A program made the position numbers and the translations under genes. From contig DATJRM010000024.1 in NCBI GenBank assembly GCA_035504755.1, forward strand, positions 765 through 64,764: a stretch of DNA of 64,000 nt, read 5' to 3'. How positions within the stretch are numbered: position 1 is the stretch's first letter; every line of letters starts with the position of its first letter. This document shows positions 63,387 through 64,000 of the stretch, piece by piece. The notes beneath the pieces are model-generated. The model was not told where the DNA came from. It made no database searches and worked only from the letters and a program-made list of their open reading frames with translations. Origin of the DNA: Candidatus Acidiferrales bacterium. Lineage in GTDB: Bacteria; Vulcanimicrobiota; Vulcanimicrobiia; Vulcanimicrobiales; Vulcanimicrobiaceae.

Positions 63387-64000
63387 GTCACCCTGAGCCT
63401 AATGTGTCACCCTGAGCTTGTCGAAGGGCGCACGAATCTCCGCGACCGCATTCCCTTGTCACCTGAGCTTGCTGTGTTACCCTGAGCTTGTCGAAGGGCG
63501 CACGAATCTCCGCGATCGCATTCCCTTGTCACCTGAGCTTGCTGTGTCACCCTGAGCCTGTCGAAGGGCGCATGAATCTCGGCGACCGCGTTCCCTTGTC
63601 ACCCTGAGCTTGCTGTGTCACCCTGAGCTTGTCGAAGGGCGCATGAATCTCGGCGACCGCGTTCCCTTGTCACCCTGAGCCTGTCGAAGGGCGCACGAAT
63701 CTCCGCGATCGCGTTCCTTTGTCACCCTGAGCTTGTCGAAGGGCGCATGATCTCGTTGAACGCGCGTCCTTCGACAGGCTCAGGATGACACGTTAAGCTC
63801 AGGATGACACACTAAGCTCAGGATGACAGGTTTGCGTCCTTCGACAGGCTTAGGATGACACGTTAGGCTCAGGATGACAGGGTTGCGTCCTTCGACAGGC
63901 TCAGGATGACACACTAAGCTCAGGATGACACGTTCGCGTCCTTCGACAGGCTCAGGATGACACGTTAAGGTCAGGATGACAGGTTTGCGTCCTTCGACAG
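63387..64000. repeat. non-coding array of GTCAYCCTGAGC...TCGAAGGRCGC repeats in two opposed arms; continues past the window edge
   Basis: Forward long units start at 63406, 63476, 63546, 63617, 63669 and 63721, giving periods of 70, 70, 71, 52 and 52 nt. Inverted long units start at 63764, 63834, 63885, 63936 and 63987, giving periods of 70, 51, 51 and 51 nt. There is no ORF of 60 aa or more, and stop codons occur in all frames. Confidence 0.9.

Noticed and set aside
63387-64000. CRISPR array interpretation of the terminal repeats
   Set aside because: The segments between repeats are themselves conserved copies rather than unique spacers. Repeat orientation flips at 63747-63763, periods are irregular (70/52/51 nt), and no cas genes or leader are visible.

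Overview
High-G+C, very gene-dense bacterial chromosomal segment: roughly 60 protein-coding genes and one tRNA. I recognised no rRNA, transposase, integrase, phage or cas genes. Most of it is ordinary core or housekeeping DNA. This includes a DEAD-box helicase plus infA, glnA-amt, rpsR-rplI-Lon-like protease-dnaB, gdhA, lysA, manA, msrA-msrB, lldD, dacB, a molybdenum-hydroxylase pair and an acyl-CoA ligase, together with many membrane and secreted proteins. Three ADOP-type duplicated FtsX permeases (two with PadR regulators) and a 1235-aa CarboxypepD_reg/TonB-dependent receptor suggest a soil lineage such as Acidobacteriota or a neighbouring phylum; this is inference only. Items worth a second look: (1) A non-coding array of more than 600 nt of GTCAYCCTGAGC...TCGAAGGRCGC repeats at the right edge. 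It is arranged as two opposed arms, each with its own sequence variant, and a solitary copy sits in the rpsR leader. (2) An IF-1 gene that the ORF track misses because it has no ATG/GTG/TTG start (SD plus ATC). It lies in frame a few codons after the helicase stop, and the helicase itself seems to need an ATT start. (3) A Cys-free Ogt/MGMT homologue with a clean in-frame loss of the PCHR active-site segment. (4) A FolK-FolE2 fusion ORF. (5) A tandemly duplicated PadR-ADOP permease module coupled directly to a MacA-like adaptor and a stand-alone MacB-type ATPase, with a perfect 9-bp inverted repeat over the predicted promoter. (6) A five-gene minus-strand cluster with no assignable function: a Met/His-rich membrane protein, an extended ferritin-like protein, two tandem secreted 4-Cys paralogues and a small cytoplasmic protein. 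I found no compelling defence island or mobile element, so the candidate new-system calls are hypotheses. Many ORF-track entries are off-frame or antisense artefacts of high G+C, and several real genes needed their 5' ends trimmed.
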